DNA of 64,000 bases, from the NCBI RefSeq assembly GCF_006345805.1, contig NC_042999.1, positions 160,518,001-160,582,000 on the forward strand, written 5' to 3'. The translations under genes and the position numbers were made by a program. Source of the stretch: Octopus sinensis (lineage: Eukaryota). The notes beneath the pieces were generated by a model. It did no database searches, had not been told where the DNA came from, and saw nothing but the letters and a program-made list of their open reading frames with translations. This document shows, piece after piece, positions 1 through 11,129 of the stretch. Numbering within the stretch: position 1 is the stretch's first letter; every line of letters starts with the position of its first letter.

Positions 1-386
1 TCTTACTTAGAAAGGGATGCGTGCGTTCTGTCATATAATAAATTAATAAATAAATAAAATATATGCATATATACATACATATATGTACGTACCTACATCT
101 ACATGTATATATACATGCATATATGGGTACAGGACACCAAAAAACGTCGAACACAATGAGAAACGAAAACATAAACACAAAACCAAGGAAATGGACATTT
201 TTTTAAAACAACGAAAAAATAGAGTACAGGACATACAAAACAAGGAAAATTCCCCTTCTTCAGTCGACGTTTTTTTGGTGTCCTGTACCCATATATGCAT
301 GTATATATACATGTAGAGGTAGGTACGTACATATATGTATATATGCATATATTTTATTTATTTATTAATTTATATATATCTATATC

Positions 387-418
<32 letters not shown>

Positions 419-813
419 ATTAAGAACAATCTTACTTAGAAAGGGATGCGTGCGTTCTGTCATATAATAAATTAATAAATAAATAAAATATATGCATATA
501 TACATACATATATGTACGTACCTACATCTACATGTATATATACATGCATATATGGGTACAGGACACCAAAAAACGTCGAACACAATGAGAAACGAAAACA
601 TAAACACAAAACCAAGGAAATGGACATTTTTTTAAAACAACGAAAAAATAGAGTACAGGACATACTAAACAAGGAAAATTCCCCTTCTTCAGTCGACGTT
701 TTTTTGGTGTCCTGTACCCATATATGCATGTATATATACATGTAGAGGTAGGTACGTACATATATGTATATATGCATATATTTTATTTATTTATTAATTT
801 ATATATATCTATA

Positions 814-854
<41 letters not shown>

Positions 855-858
855 GCGT
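1..858. repeat. Tandem duplication, period 429 bp; each unit holds a fold-back (MITE-like) element with ~110 bp inverted arms
   Basis: TCTTACTTAGAAAGGGATGCG occurs at 1 and 430. Within unit 1, 37-150 is the reverse complement of 263-375. Confidence 0.85.
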
Positions 859-1070
859 GTGTCTATATGTTTGTGTGTCTGTGTTTGTCCCCACAACATC
901 ACTTGACAACCGATGCTGGTGTGTTTACGTCCCCATAACTTAGCGGTTCAGCAAAAAAGACCGATAGAATAAGTACTAGGCTTACAAAGAATAAGTCCTG
1001 GGGTCGATTTGCTCGACTAAAGGTGGTGCTCCAGCATGGCCACAGTCAAATGACTGGAAAAGTAAAAAAA
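853..1070 (+). mobile_element. SINE family A, 3' half
   Basis: Matches the 3' half of the family-A copies (…CCAGCATGGCCACAGTCAAATGACTG…). Confidence 0.85.
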
Positions 1071-1597
1071 AAAAATTAAAATGTAAGCTGAAAAGTTGAG
1101 GAATACTACCCACCTGTATGCCACACCATTTCCATCACTGTGTTATGTCATAAAATCATGATAGGTTTTTGATTTATACATAAACACTTTACATAAGCCC
1201 TTTAAATGGTGGGTGATTTCTTGTAGACTGTTATCAAAAGGATTAAATCTCCCAGTTAATGAGAACATATTCTCAACATCTAAACTATTTCTAGCTGACT
1301 TGAATACAATTTATATAAACATCTTTTACAACAATATATAAACATATACATTTCAAGCACAACATTCTAGAAACAAAAAATTCTAGACACAATTTATTAA
1401 AGCAGGTTGTCATTATATCTTTGTTTTCTAACATTGAAAATCCTTCAGAGATCCCTCTATAATCAAGTTGCAATAAAACATTCTTCATTGGTATCAATCA
1501 TTAGACAGGGGCCATATATGGGTATCATCCTTCAAGATGTTAGTTAATAATTTCATGCATTCGTTCATTCGTATGTATGTACATATGTACATACATA

Positions 1598-2894
1598 CGA
1601 GGGGGTACCCAAAAGTAACATGGAAACGTTCTCTGTGGGACAAGCCAGTTGTAGTTCAGACTTCTGCCATGAGAAGCCAATTGATGTGACCCTCAGGCAT
1701 CACTCTACTGACTGGCATTATCAAGTGTGGTCATATGTCACATGGTGTGTCATTGTTTTGCAGTACTTCTTCCCTTGATGGCTGAAGCAAAAGAATTGCA
1801 TGCTTCCGTGAAATTCTGTTTTCTGCTGGGGTAAACAGTAGCTGAAACAGTTGTCATGCTTCAAACAGCTTACAAGGAAGTTGCCATATGCGAAACACAA
1901 GTTTACAACTGGTTTTCATGCTTCAGGAATGGTCACTTGTAGCTTGAAGACCAACCTTGTTCAGCATGACTGTCGATCTCCCAAATAAATGAAAACATCA
2001 CAAAAATTTATAAACTGATCTTGGAGGACTGTCACCAAACAATTGACGAACTTGTTAATATGGCTGGTGTGTCCTGGAGCTCCTACCATCGAATTTTGAG
2101 CGAGGCATTGCGAATGAAAGGATTTGCAGCAAAATGTGTGCCTCACTTGCTCAAGGAAGATCAAACCTAGTCACAACAGAATGCATGTCATGAACTGAAA
2201 GAACAGTTGGAAGTTGATCCAGACCTTTTTCTGTTCATCACTGGTGATGAAGGCTGGTGCTATGGCTATGACCTGGAAATGAAACAGCAATCAAGTCAAC
2301 GGAAGCATTCAATCTCACCACATCCCAAAAAGTGTGTCAAGTGAAGTCCAATGTCAACACAATGCTGATTTGTTTCATTGATGGGAAAGGGGTTGTCCAC
2401 ACAGAATTTGTTCCTCCTGGTCAAACAGACATTTTACTTGGAAGTTCTGAAGCGTTTGTGAGACACGGTAAAGCGAAAATTCCCCGACTTGTGGCAAAGT
2501 GGAGAATTGTGATTTCATCACAACAATGCGCCTGTGCACACCGCCTTGAGTGTGAGAGTTTTTGACCCAAAATGGTGTGGCCCCCCACTTACCCATCCTC
2601 CCAATTCACCTGATCTTGCTCCCAGCAACTTTTTTTCTGTTCCCCCAAAGAAAAAAAATCCTTAAAGGAAAACGTTTTACAGATGTGGAAGAGGCGAAGA
2701 AAAAGAACGATGGAGGCATTAAAAGGCATTGCTTCGCAAGAGTTCCAGGACGGATTCAAACAGGGGGAAACACTTCTGGGCCAAGGCATTGCTTTAGAAG
2801 GAGAATATTTTGAAGGCAATAAGAGTGTAAACATGTAAAACTAAGAGAATAAAATGTTATTGCAAAATTCCGGTTTCTTTTGGGTACCCCCTTG
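1598..2894 (+). mobile_element. Full-length mariner (Tc1/mariner) transposon, inactive
   Basis: TIRs CGAGGGGGTACCCAAAAG (1598) and TTTTGGGTACCCCCTTG (ends 2894), left TA, length ~1.3 kb. Confidence 0.9.
1778..2838 (+). pseudogene. Mariner transposase pseudogene with stops and frameshifts
   Basis: Motifs AAKCVPHLL, ITGDEGWCYGYD, TMLICFIDGKGVVHTEFVPPGQT, NSPDLAPSNFFLFP, LKGKRF, EGEYFEG. Confidence 0.9.
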
Positions 2895-2895
2895 T

Positions 2896-3460
2896 GCATG
2901 CATGCATACATACATACATACATACATACATGGTGGCTGCCCCCTCGTTATCGAGTATGGCCATTGCACAAAGCTTAATCAATGTTGTTATCATGCAATA
3001 CCTGTGCAAGAAGATTTTTTTTAAGTGAGGAAAGGCTGTGCACTGAGTCAATCCCACTCACTAAGCAACAGCAGCCATAATCCGAAAAGAAGAACAAGTC
3101 AACATCATCAGTAACCACTGAGCCGCAGGTTTTATGTCGGAGTTACCTGAGTTACCTTCTCCTAGAAGGATGCCCTAACAAAGGCTAGGAGTCCTTCACT
3201 CCCAATGGTTTAACCACGCGATCGGGTAATCAGTCCGATTATTTCTATGTCCCCGTGCATGATACAGCCTTAAGAGAGAAAAAAAAAATACACATTTATT
3301 GGATGGCCGTTGACTCTCAAGAGTTCCTCCGCCCTTTGACGGGTTTTGTTTTTCATCCGGCAGGGTGACCAATAAACACCCTCCTCACCAAGCAAGCTTG
3401 GTGGGGTTGCCGGTTTAGTCGCCGACGACCCGACCATGCAACAGGTTGTACTGGGTTACA
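2896..3460 (-). mobile_element. Family G non-autonomous retroelement: RTE-like 5' UTR motif, (TATG)n tail
   Basis: Reverse-complement copy at 35761-36190; contains CCTTCTAGGAGAAGGTAA, which resembles RTE 5' UTR sequence. Confidence 0.6.
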
Positions 3461-3591
3461 TACATACATACATACATATATACATACATGCATACAAGCA
3501 TAAATAGTGGCTGTTAGCTTTAATATAAGCTAGAAAACAGCCAGGACCAGTTGAGTGCAGTTGAAGTTCTTTATGTACATCTAATTTACTC

Positions 3592-3636
<45 letters not shown>

Positions 3637-4049
3637 GCTTATCCAGGAAGTAATAAATCTCTTAAAACAGTGTGCTAATCTGCCAGTGCCACATGTTCAT
3701 GGCTGCAGTTTTGTATAGGGATGACTTTCACTCTATCCACATCAATGACACATCAGATAGTCTCCTTGTGTCAGAGTGGATATGTGGTTGATGCAATTGG
3801 TGCTTTGTTTCAGGTTGAACAACAAAGGATAAGGAATAACAATATCTTTGTCAGGAATTCTGTTTCGTATTGAGAAAAAGTTTATGAAATCTTTTTTAAT
3901 GACAGAACAGGTTTATGGGAAGGATTCTTTGAGCTGTAGACAATGTTGAGAATGGCACGAGCATTTCAAGTCTAAAAGAACATTTACTGGACATCATCAC
4001 AAATCTGGACAGTGTTCCCTGGCAACAGATGGTGATTACATTATGAAAG

Positions 4050-4058
4050 TTCATACTG

Positions 4059-4095
<37 letters not shown>

Positions 4096-4240
4096 TGTTT
4101 AACGTACGTTTTCCGCGCTAGCACGGGTTGGACGGTTCGACCGGGGTCTGTGAAGCCAGGGGCTGCACCAGGCTCCAGTCTGATCTGGCAGAGTTTCAAC
4201 AGCTGGATGCCCTTCCTAACGCCAACCACTCCGCGAGTTG
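4050..4240 (-). mobile_element. SINE family B (RTE-type tail), 3' end
   Basis: (CAT)n followed by TTTAACGTACGTTTTCC…GGGTTGGACGG, shared with other B copies. Confidence 0.8.
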
Positions 4241-4609
4241 TGTCTTATAAAAATTGTCACATGACTGTTTGTCAAGTTTCACAAAGTGTAGGCTTCTGTA
4301 AAAGTTTGTATCATGTGATTCGAAGAGAAAACTTGAACGTGCATCATGTCACTGCAAAATTTGTGTCCCAAGTGCTAACAGATATACAAATAGAGAATTG
4401 AATTCCAGTTCAATGTCAGACAGCAGGTGTTTTGTCATTGGAATGCTGATGAAAGCTTTCTGTAAAGTGATATAACAGCTAACAAAACATGAGTGTATGG
4501 TTATGAAGTTGAAACAAAAAGGAAGAATTTGCAGAAAATTGGGTCATTTTTGACTTGAAAGAAAAAAAACAATGTGAGACTTACTCAAAAGGTGAGGGTT
4601 ATCGTTTAT

Positions 4610-5010
4610 CGTTTACTCATTTCAGTCATTGGACTGTGGCCATGCTGGTGCCCCACTTTGAAGGGTTTAGTCGAATGAATCAACCCCAGTACTTATTTTT
4701 AAAGCCTAGTGCTTATTCTATTGATCTCTTATGCTGAATCACTACTTTACAGGAATGTAAACAAACCAACACTGGTTGTCAGGCAGTAGTGGGGTGGGGG
4801 TGGGTGCAAGAACAAAACACAAAAATACACACACACACATTGATATGTACTATGTATGTATATGACAGGCTTCTTTCAGTTTCTGTCACTCACAAAGCTT
4901 TGGTCAACTCAGGGTTATAATTGAAGACATTTGCTCAAGATGCTGAGCTGTGGGATTGAACCAGAACCATGAGGCTGGGAAACAAACATCTTACCATGCA
5001 GCCATGCTTG
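4610..5010 (-). mobile_element. Diverged family A-like SINE
   Basis: Degenerate match to the family-A body and tail. Confidence 0.6.
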
Positions 5011-5040
5011 CAATGAGAGTAATTCTACTGATTTATAACT

Positions 5041-5445
5041 CTTTACTCTCTTTTACTTGTTTCAGTCATTTGACTGCGGCCATGCTGGAGCACCGCCTTT
5101 AGTCGAGCAAATCGACCCCGGGACTTATTCTTTGTAAGCCCAGTACTTATTCTATCAGTCTCTTTTGCCGAACCGCTAAGTGACGGGGACGTAAACACAC
5201 CAGCATCGGTTGTCAAGCAATGTTAGGGGGACAAACACAGACACACAAACACACACACACGCACATATATATATATATATACGACAGGCTTCTTTCAGTT
5301 TCCGTCTACCAAATCCACTCATAAGGCATTGGTCGGCCCGGGGCTATAGCAGAAGACACTTGCCCAAGATGCCACGCAGTGGGACTGAACCCGGAACCCC
5401 CGGAAGCATGTGGTTGGTTAGCAAGCTACTTACCACACAGCCACT
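5041..5445 (-). mobile_element. SINE family A: tRNA-like head, central TA/CA microsatellite, (GTAAAAGA)n tail
   Basis: Near-identical to more than 15 copies in the window. Confidence 0.9.
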
Positions 5446-5722
5446 TCTTTACAATGGCATCATTCCTCTGAGATTATTTCATATTGTTAAATGATCCATA
5501 AAGTATTTCATTTGAATGTCCTGAGATGTTTGAAAGAGTTAAATACCAAGGAAGAGGCCTGAAGCATGGACAAACAAAACTTGGATGCTTCATCACGATA
5601 ATGCATCCGCTCAGCATCATTCCTTATTTGTGCTTTTTGATAAAACATGGAAAGACTCCCTATACTCTAGCTACCTTACTCTCCAGAGTTGATCATGTGG
5701 AAATTTTTATTTTAGTTCTTAA

Positions 5723-5943
5723 CCCCTTCGTTACCGTATTTATTTTGAGATGCTCTGTGTTTCTTTCAATTATTTTAAATATAACAAAGAATTTAGTAAA
5801 ATAACTTAGCTATCATTAAGCTAGTGTTAGGAATATAAATTGCAACTAATGTTTGGTGTTATATTTTGATGCAAAACTTATGAAAACAAGACATTTGTGC
5901 TACAGAGCCAGAGCCGGTTTTGGCCGGGTTAGTAATGAAAGGG
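5723..5943. mobile_element. piggyBac-type MITE
   Basis: TTAA|CCCCTTCGTTAC … GTAATGAAAGGG|TTAA. Confidence 0.75.
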
Positions 5944-6119
5944 TTAAAGTTGAAGTTCAATTCAAATGGTTGCTGAATTTAGACAATAGAAAAGACTGAA
6001 GGAAATTTGCTCCAAGAACTCCAAGAAACATGTTCCAGGATATGTTCCAAAATTGGAAAAAAAATTTAGGAGCAAAGTATCAACATTGGATGGGATCATT
6101 TTGAAGGAGAGAAATCAAA

Positions 6120-6620
6120 TCTTTATATATAAAAGAGAGGTTGTGTGCTGTCTGTCTCCTACGATTTAGATTCCTGACTACTCCCACATTTTGCAGTGCA
6201 GTTTAACCAAAACCGGGGTATCTTATAGTCGTGATTCATATCGAGCCCTTCTGGGTATTAGCACACGTCTACGATGAGTCAACGATTTTTAAAAAAATTT
6301 ACCATCATTTTTTTCCATTTTAATGCATTTTTTCGCTATTATATAAGGGAAGTAACTCTCGAAAAATGTCTACGATGAGTCAACGATTTAAAAAAAAATT
6401 TACCATTAGTTTTTCCATTTTAATGCATTTTTTCGCTATTATATAAGGGAAGTAACTCTCTAAAAATGTCTACGATGAGTCAACGATTTAAAAAAAATTT
6501 ACCATAATTTTTTTTCCATTTTTAATGCATTTTTTTGCTATTTTTTTGCTATAACTCTCTAAAAGTGCTTATATATTTATTTCCCTTACAAACCCGAGCA
6601 ACGCCAGGCGATACTGCTAG
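6120..6620 (+). mobile_element. Non-autonomous Helitron (family F) with ~100 bp internal tandem repeats
   Basis: A|TCTTTATATATAAAA … CCCGAGCAACGCCAGG hairpin … CTAG|T. Confidence 0.85.
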
Positions 6621-7056
6621 TTAAATTATAAAGAAAGCAATAGACTTGTTTCTTAAAAAGTTTTTTGGGGAATAGAGCTCACACACACATACATATATAA
6701 CAGACACATTCACACTCACACACATATCTGGGCTACAAATGAAAGTGTACTCAATACAGGTGAAAATTTCATGATAGCTTTAGCACTACTCAAAATTTCC
6801 TACCATTTTTAAGTGACACACACATACACACATATTCACACACACACACACACACACACACATCTATGTGATTAAAATGTATACCTGTGTGTGTAAATTT
6901 CATATCAAATTTGAATAAAATACCCATTTAATCCATCATCAGTTATTCATGATGGCAATGATGATGATGACGATGATGATTACAATGACAATGATAACGA
7001 TAGTAGGGGTAAGGAAGAGGTGAGATGGGGATTGATAGAATGTGGCAAGGGTTTAT

Positions 7057-7320
7057 CATCATCATCATCACCATCATTTAGCATCTGCTTTCCATGCAAG
7101 CATGGGTTGGATGGTTCAACTGGGCTCTGGGAAGCCAGAAGGCTGCACCAGGCTCCAGTCTGATCTGGCAGTGTTTCTACACCTGGATACCCTTCCTAAC
7201 ACCAACCACTCCGTGAGTGTAGTGGGTGCTTTTTACGTGCCACTGGCACAGGTGCCAGACGAGGCTGGCAAATGGCCACAGTCGGATGGTGCTTTTTACG
7301 TGCCACCGGCACGGTTTATT
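7057..7320 (-). mobile_element. SINE family B
   Basis: (CAT)n plus the family-B body. Confidence 0.85.
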
Positions 7321-7420
7321 TGGTTGTTAAATCCTGAATTCAGCCATGGCAGGGCAGACCTATTATCCTAAGGCATTCCAGCTACAACCACTTTCCGTTC
7401 TATTTTTTTCTTATGTGCAG

Positions 7421-7445
7421 AGGACTCAGGACCACATTATTCCAG
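7421..7445 (+). CDS. Possible 25-nt micro-exon (RTQDHIIP, phase 0 to 1)
   Basis: Good acceptor (TTCTATTTTTTTCTTATGTGCAG), weak donor (CAG|GTATCA). Phase-compatible with 27403. Confidence 0.2.
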
Positions 7446-7872
7446 GTATCATTTTTCTAAGAATAAGGAATGATTTAATGAAGATTTCATTGCTATTTCT
7501 AGTTGATTGAGGGATCCTGTAGAGGCTCTGTATTGTTATTGTTGTTAGAGGTGGCAGTTGTGGTGATGGTTGTGATGATGACAATATGTCACCATAGAAC
7601 TGGATATGCAATTCATCTTAGACAGGTTAGCTTCTAATGCAACACACACATTAATAATAAAATTATTGATAATATTAATAGATGTACAACAGGAACTGAT
7701 CTGTTGAGGCTTTAAAATTTAATAAGCATCCTGCAGGAAGTTTGGACATTGTCTATTTTTATGTCTCTCAAAACAATGTAGCTCCAAGGACATTCACAGC
7801 AGAGCCTATTATTGTGTGTGTTTGTATTATATACTTACAACACACACACACTCACACACACATACATACACA

Positions 7873-7903
<31 letters not shown>

Positions 7904-8094
7904 CACACACACACACACACACACATGCATGCATATGCGTACATATGTATTCTTTTACTCTTTTTCTTGTTTCAGTCATTTGACTTCAGCCATGCTGGAG
8001 CACTGCCTACACATATGTATATGTATGTGCATGTGTGTGTGTGCATGTGTGTGTGTGTGTCTGTATGTGTGTGTGTGTGCAAGTATTCTTTTAT

Positions 8095-8312
8095 TCTTTT
8101 ATTCTTTTACTTGATTCAGTAATTTTGACAGTGGCCATGCTGGAGCAGCGCCTTTAGTCAAACAAATAAACCCTAGGACTTATTCTTTGTAAGTCTAGTA
8201 CTTATTCTATCAGTGTCTTTTGATAAACCGCTAAGTTACGAGGACATAAAAACACCAACATTGGTTGTCAAGCGATGGTGAGTGGGGGACAAACACAGAC
8301 ACACAAACATGT

Positions 8313-8382
<70 letters not shown>

Positions 8383-8480
8383 GGCAGGCTTTTTTCAGTT
8401 TCCATCTACCAAATACACTACAAGGTTTTGGTTGGCCTGAAGCTATAGTAGAAGACACTTACCACACAGCCACTCCAGTA
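8095..8480 (-). mobile_element. SINE family A, diverged and internally deleted
   Basis: Family-A tail and body with a long (TA)n. Confidence 0.8.
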
Positions 8481-8596
8481 TATATATATATATATATATA
8501 TTCTTTTATTTCTTTGATATGTTTCAGCTCAAAGGGTGTGGCCATGCTGGAGCACCATATATTTATGTATATGTGTATATATATATAAAAAAGGGT

Positions 8597-8930
8597 AAAG
8601 ACCCCCTTCGGTCATGAGTGACCATGGGTTTGCACCTAGAGAGTTACCCTCTGAGGCACAAGTCTGGGCAAGGTTTTTATATGGAAGACCAGTAGTCGCC
8701 CATGCATACCGGCCTCCCCTCTCCACGCCACTAGTGTTATCCAAGGGAAAGACAAAGGTTGATACAGCTTGGCACCTGTGACGTCGCAACTCATTTCTAC
8801 AGCTGAGTGAACTGGAGCAACGTGAAATAAAGTGTCTTGCTCAAGAACACAAGCACGCAGCCCGGTCCGGGATTCGAGCTCACAACCTCACGATCGTAAG
8901 CTTGACGCTCTAACCACTGAGCCATGCGCC
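8597..8930 (-). mobile_element. tRNA-derived SINE family E
   Basis: Minus strand begins GGCGCATGGCTCAGTGGTTAGAGC (A box) … GAGCTCGAATCCC (B box); second copy at 36868-37178. Confidence 0.85.
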
Positions 8931-8954
8931 ATATATATATATATATATATATAT

Positions 8955-9172
8955 ACTCTTTTACTCTTTTACTCTTTTACTTGTTTCAGTCATTTGACTG
9001 CGGCCATGCTGGAGCACCGCCTTTTGTCGAGCAAATCGACCCTGGGACTTATTCTTTGTAAGCCCAGTACTTATTCTATCGGTCTCTTTTGCCGAACCGC
9101 TAAGTAACGGGGACGTAAACACACCAGCATCGGTTGTCAAGCAATGCTAGGGGGACAAACACAGACACACAA

Positions 9173-9205
<33 letters not shown>

Positions 9206-9377
9206 CATATATACGACAGGCTTCTTTCAGTTTCCGTCTACCAAATCGACTCACAAAGCATTGGTTGGCCCGAGGCTATAGCAGAAGACACTTGCCCAAG
9301 ATGCCACGCAGTGGGACTGAACCCAGAACCATGTGGTTGGTTAGCAAGCTACTTACCACACAGCCACTCCTGCGCCT
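8955..9377 (-). mobile_element. SINE family A, full length
   Basis: Runs from the tail CTTTTACT repeats to the head …CACTCCTGCGCC. Confidence 0.9.
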
Positions 9378-9608
9378 AATGTATATGACTTGAGATGTTT
9401 ACCTTGCCTTAACATTTGTTGTCCTCTTTAGCAATTATATATCCACTGCATTGGAAATCTGCAATGGCTTCATAACTACTGTCTCGGTTACAACATTGGT
9501 GGCCTAGTAATCCGTTACAGCACTTACCTAGCATACCTAATCATTTAGATTACCTGTGAACTAACCCTCCATACTTTGTATATATACATACATACATACA
9601 TACATCTC

Positions 9609-9720
9609 TTCTCTATATATATAAAAGGCAGTTTGTCTGTCTGTGTGTCTGTCAGGTTGTACCCTCACCCTGACCACAGCTTTCAACCGGTTCTGATGAA
9701 ACTTGACACACACGTAGATG
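9609..9720 (+). mobile_element. 5' end of a Helitron/DINE-like element
   Basis: TCTCTATATATATAAAAGG…TGTCTGTCTGT…CCGGTTCTGATGAAACTTG; 3' end not located. Confidence 0.45.
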
Positions 9721-9941
9721 CAGCTCCGGCGGCCGGGAGTGTTTGTCTCCCCTTCGTAAATGTATATAAGGACACAGGGAAAAATGTGTCAAAGCCATCA
9801 GGAGGCGTCGATGCTTCCTAGGGCTATACAGCGGTGGTGTACCCCCCTACTGTCACGTTCGTGTTAGATTGACAGTATACAACCATTCTATCGCCCCACC
9901 ACCGTACATGTCTCTACGAGAGATTTAGAAATTTAGTATTT

Positions 9942-9999
<58 letters not shown>

Positions 10000-10252
10000 C
10001 ATATATAGTTAGAGAGAGAGATTTTATAGCACAGTATCCCAGCTAACAGAATAAGTCCATTGTATCACTGTATGTCATAAGAGGCAATGATTAAGAAAAG
10101 GAGGTTGAAATGAGAAAGATCATCCAGAAAAAGGCTACTTTGAAAAATCCCATCCAACCATGCCATCTTGGAAGAATAGAAAGTAGACATAAAAACAACA
10201 ACGACGACGACAACGATGATGATGATGATGATGATGATGGGGGTGGGAGAAG

Positions 10253-10289
<37 letters not shown>

Positions 10290-10819
10290 CTACTCAATAC
10301 AAGGAAGCAGAGTTGATACGTGTTTTCTTTGTTATAATTCAAAGTAGAAGAATCAAGATCACATTTATGTCTCTGTGTGAGTATGTGTGTGCATGTGAGT
10401 GTGTGTGTGTGCATGCGTGCATTAAAGGACAGCAAAAAACAGTTGAAAGGGAAAGCACAGCACTCATAAAAGGTGAAAATATCAAGTGCTTCGTGTGTAG
10501 CTCTCCTTGTCACCCCCCCCCCCCACACACACACACACACACCTCTAATTTTTCCAGAAACAATATATGTCAGTCAATAATCTGTCTTTGTAAAAATATT
10601 TTTTTTTTTTACACTGCAATAAAAACACATTCAGTTGTACTTTGATAAACTGCCCCCCCCCCCCGCTACCATCTCATCCCCCCCACTGTCACCACCACCA
10701 CCACCACAACTGCGACTGCAGCCGCTGCCATCACCAGCAGCAAGAGCAGCAGTAGCAGTATCTATTGCTCATCACTTGTCTTGCTTTTTTTATTTTTAAA
10801 TCTGACAATTAACATTAAC

Positions 10820-10944
10820 CTGGATTGTTTTCCTGGCACCCCCAGAAACCCCGTAACATGGTAGGTTGCATTAAAAAACAATTCAGAGGCAGAAGTGTTA
10901 AGTGTCAAACTAAGTTCCCATGAAACTCTGTTTAGTTTTTCTAA
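10820..10944 (-). CDS. Possible isolated exon (LEKLNRVSWELSLTLNTSASELFFNATYHVTGFLGVPGKQS)
   Basis: Acceptor TATTTATTGCAG, donor CAG|GTTAAT, open frame of 41 codons. No partner exon found. Confidence 0.3.
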
Positions 10945-11129
10945 CTGCAATAAATACAGTTATAGTAAAACAACTGTGTAACGCTGTTAGTAGGAGAGGT
11001 TAGGCAGGTAAAGGAGGAGGGTGAAATGCTACAACTGAATAAATCAAGAGAAGTTAAAAACAAGACAAGAAAAGATTTTAAAAAAAAATTTTTTTTCTTT
11101 TTCATTTTCTTTTTATTTAAATGTTCCAT

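Larger units (their letters stand above)
4280..6119 (+). pseudogene. Second mariner transposase, split by later insertions (pieces ~4280-4560, 5450-5700, 5990-6119)
   Basis: LNVHHVTAKFVSQVLT; a degenerate …YGYEVETK; EAWTNKTWMLHHDNASA; PYSPELD-like; a C-terminal …WDHFEGE, all in colinear order. Confidence 0.75.

Noticed and set aside
230-275. CTGAAGA-AGGGGAATTTTCCTT on the minus strand as a hammerhead
   Set aside because: No GAAA after stem II, so the core is incomplete.
5210-5494. Recurrent 'MSSNARGTNTDTQ…' ORFs
   Set aside because: Chance frames in SINE family A copies, usually from non-ATG starts.
8860-8930. tRNA gene-like A/B boxes (also heads of families A, C, D)
   Set aside because: They are SINE heads continuing into repeat bodies, without a complete cloverleaf.
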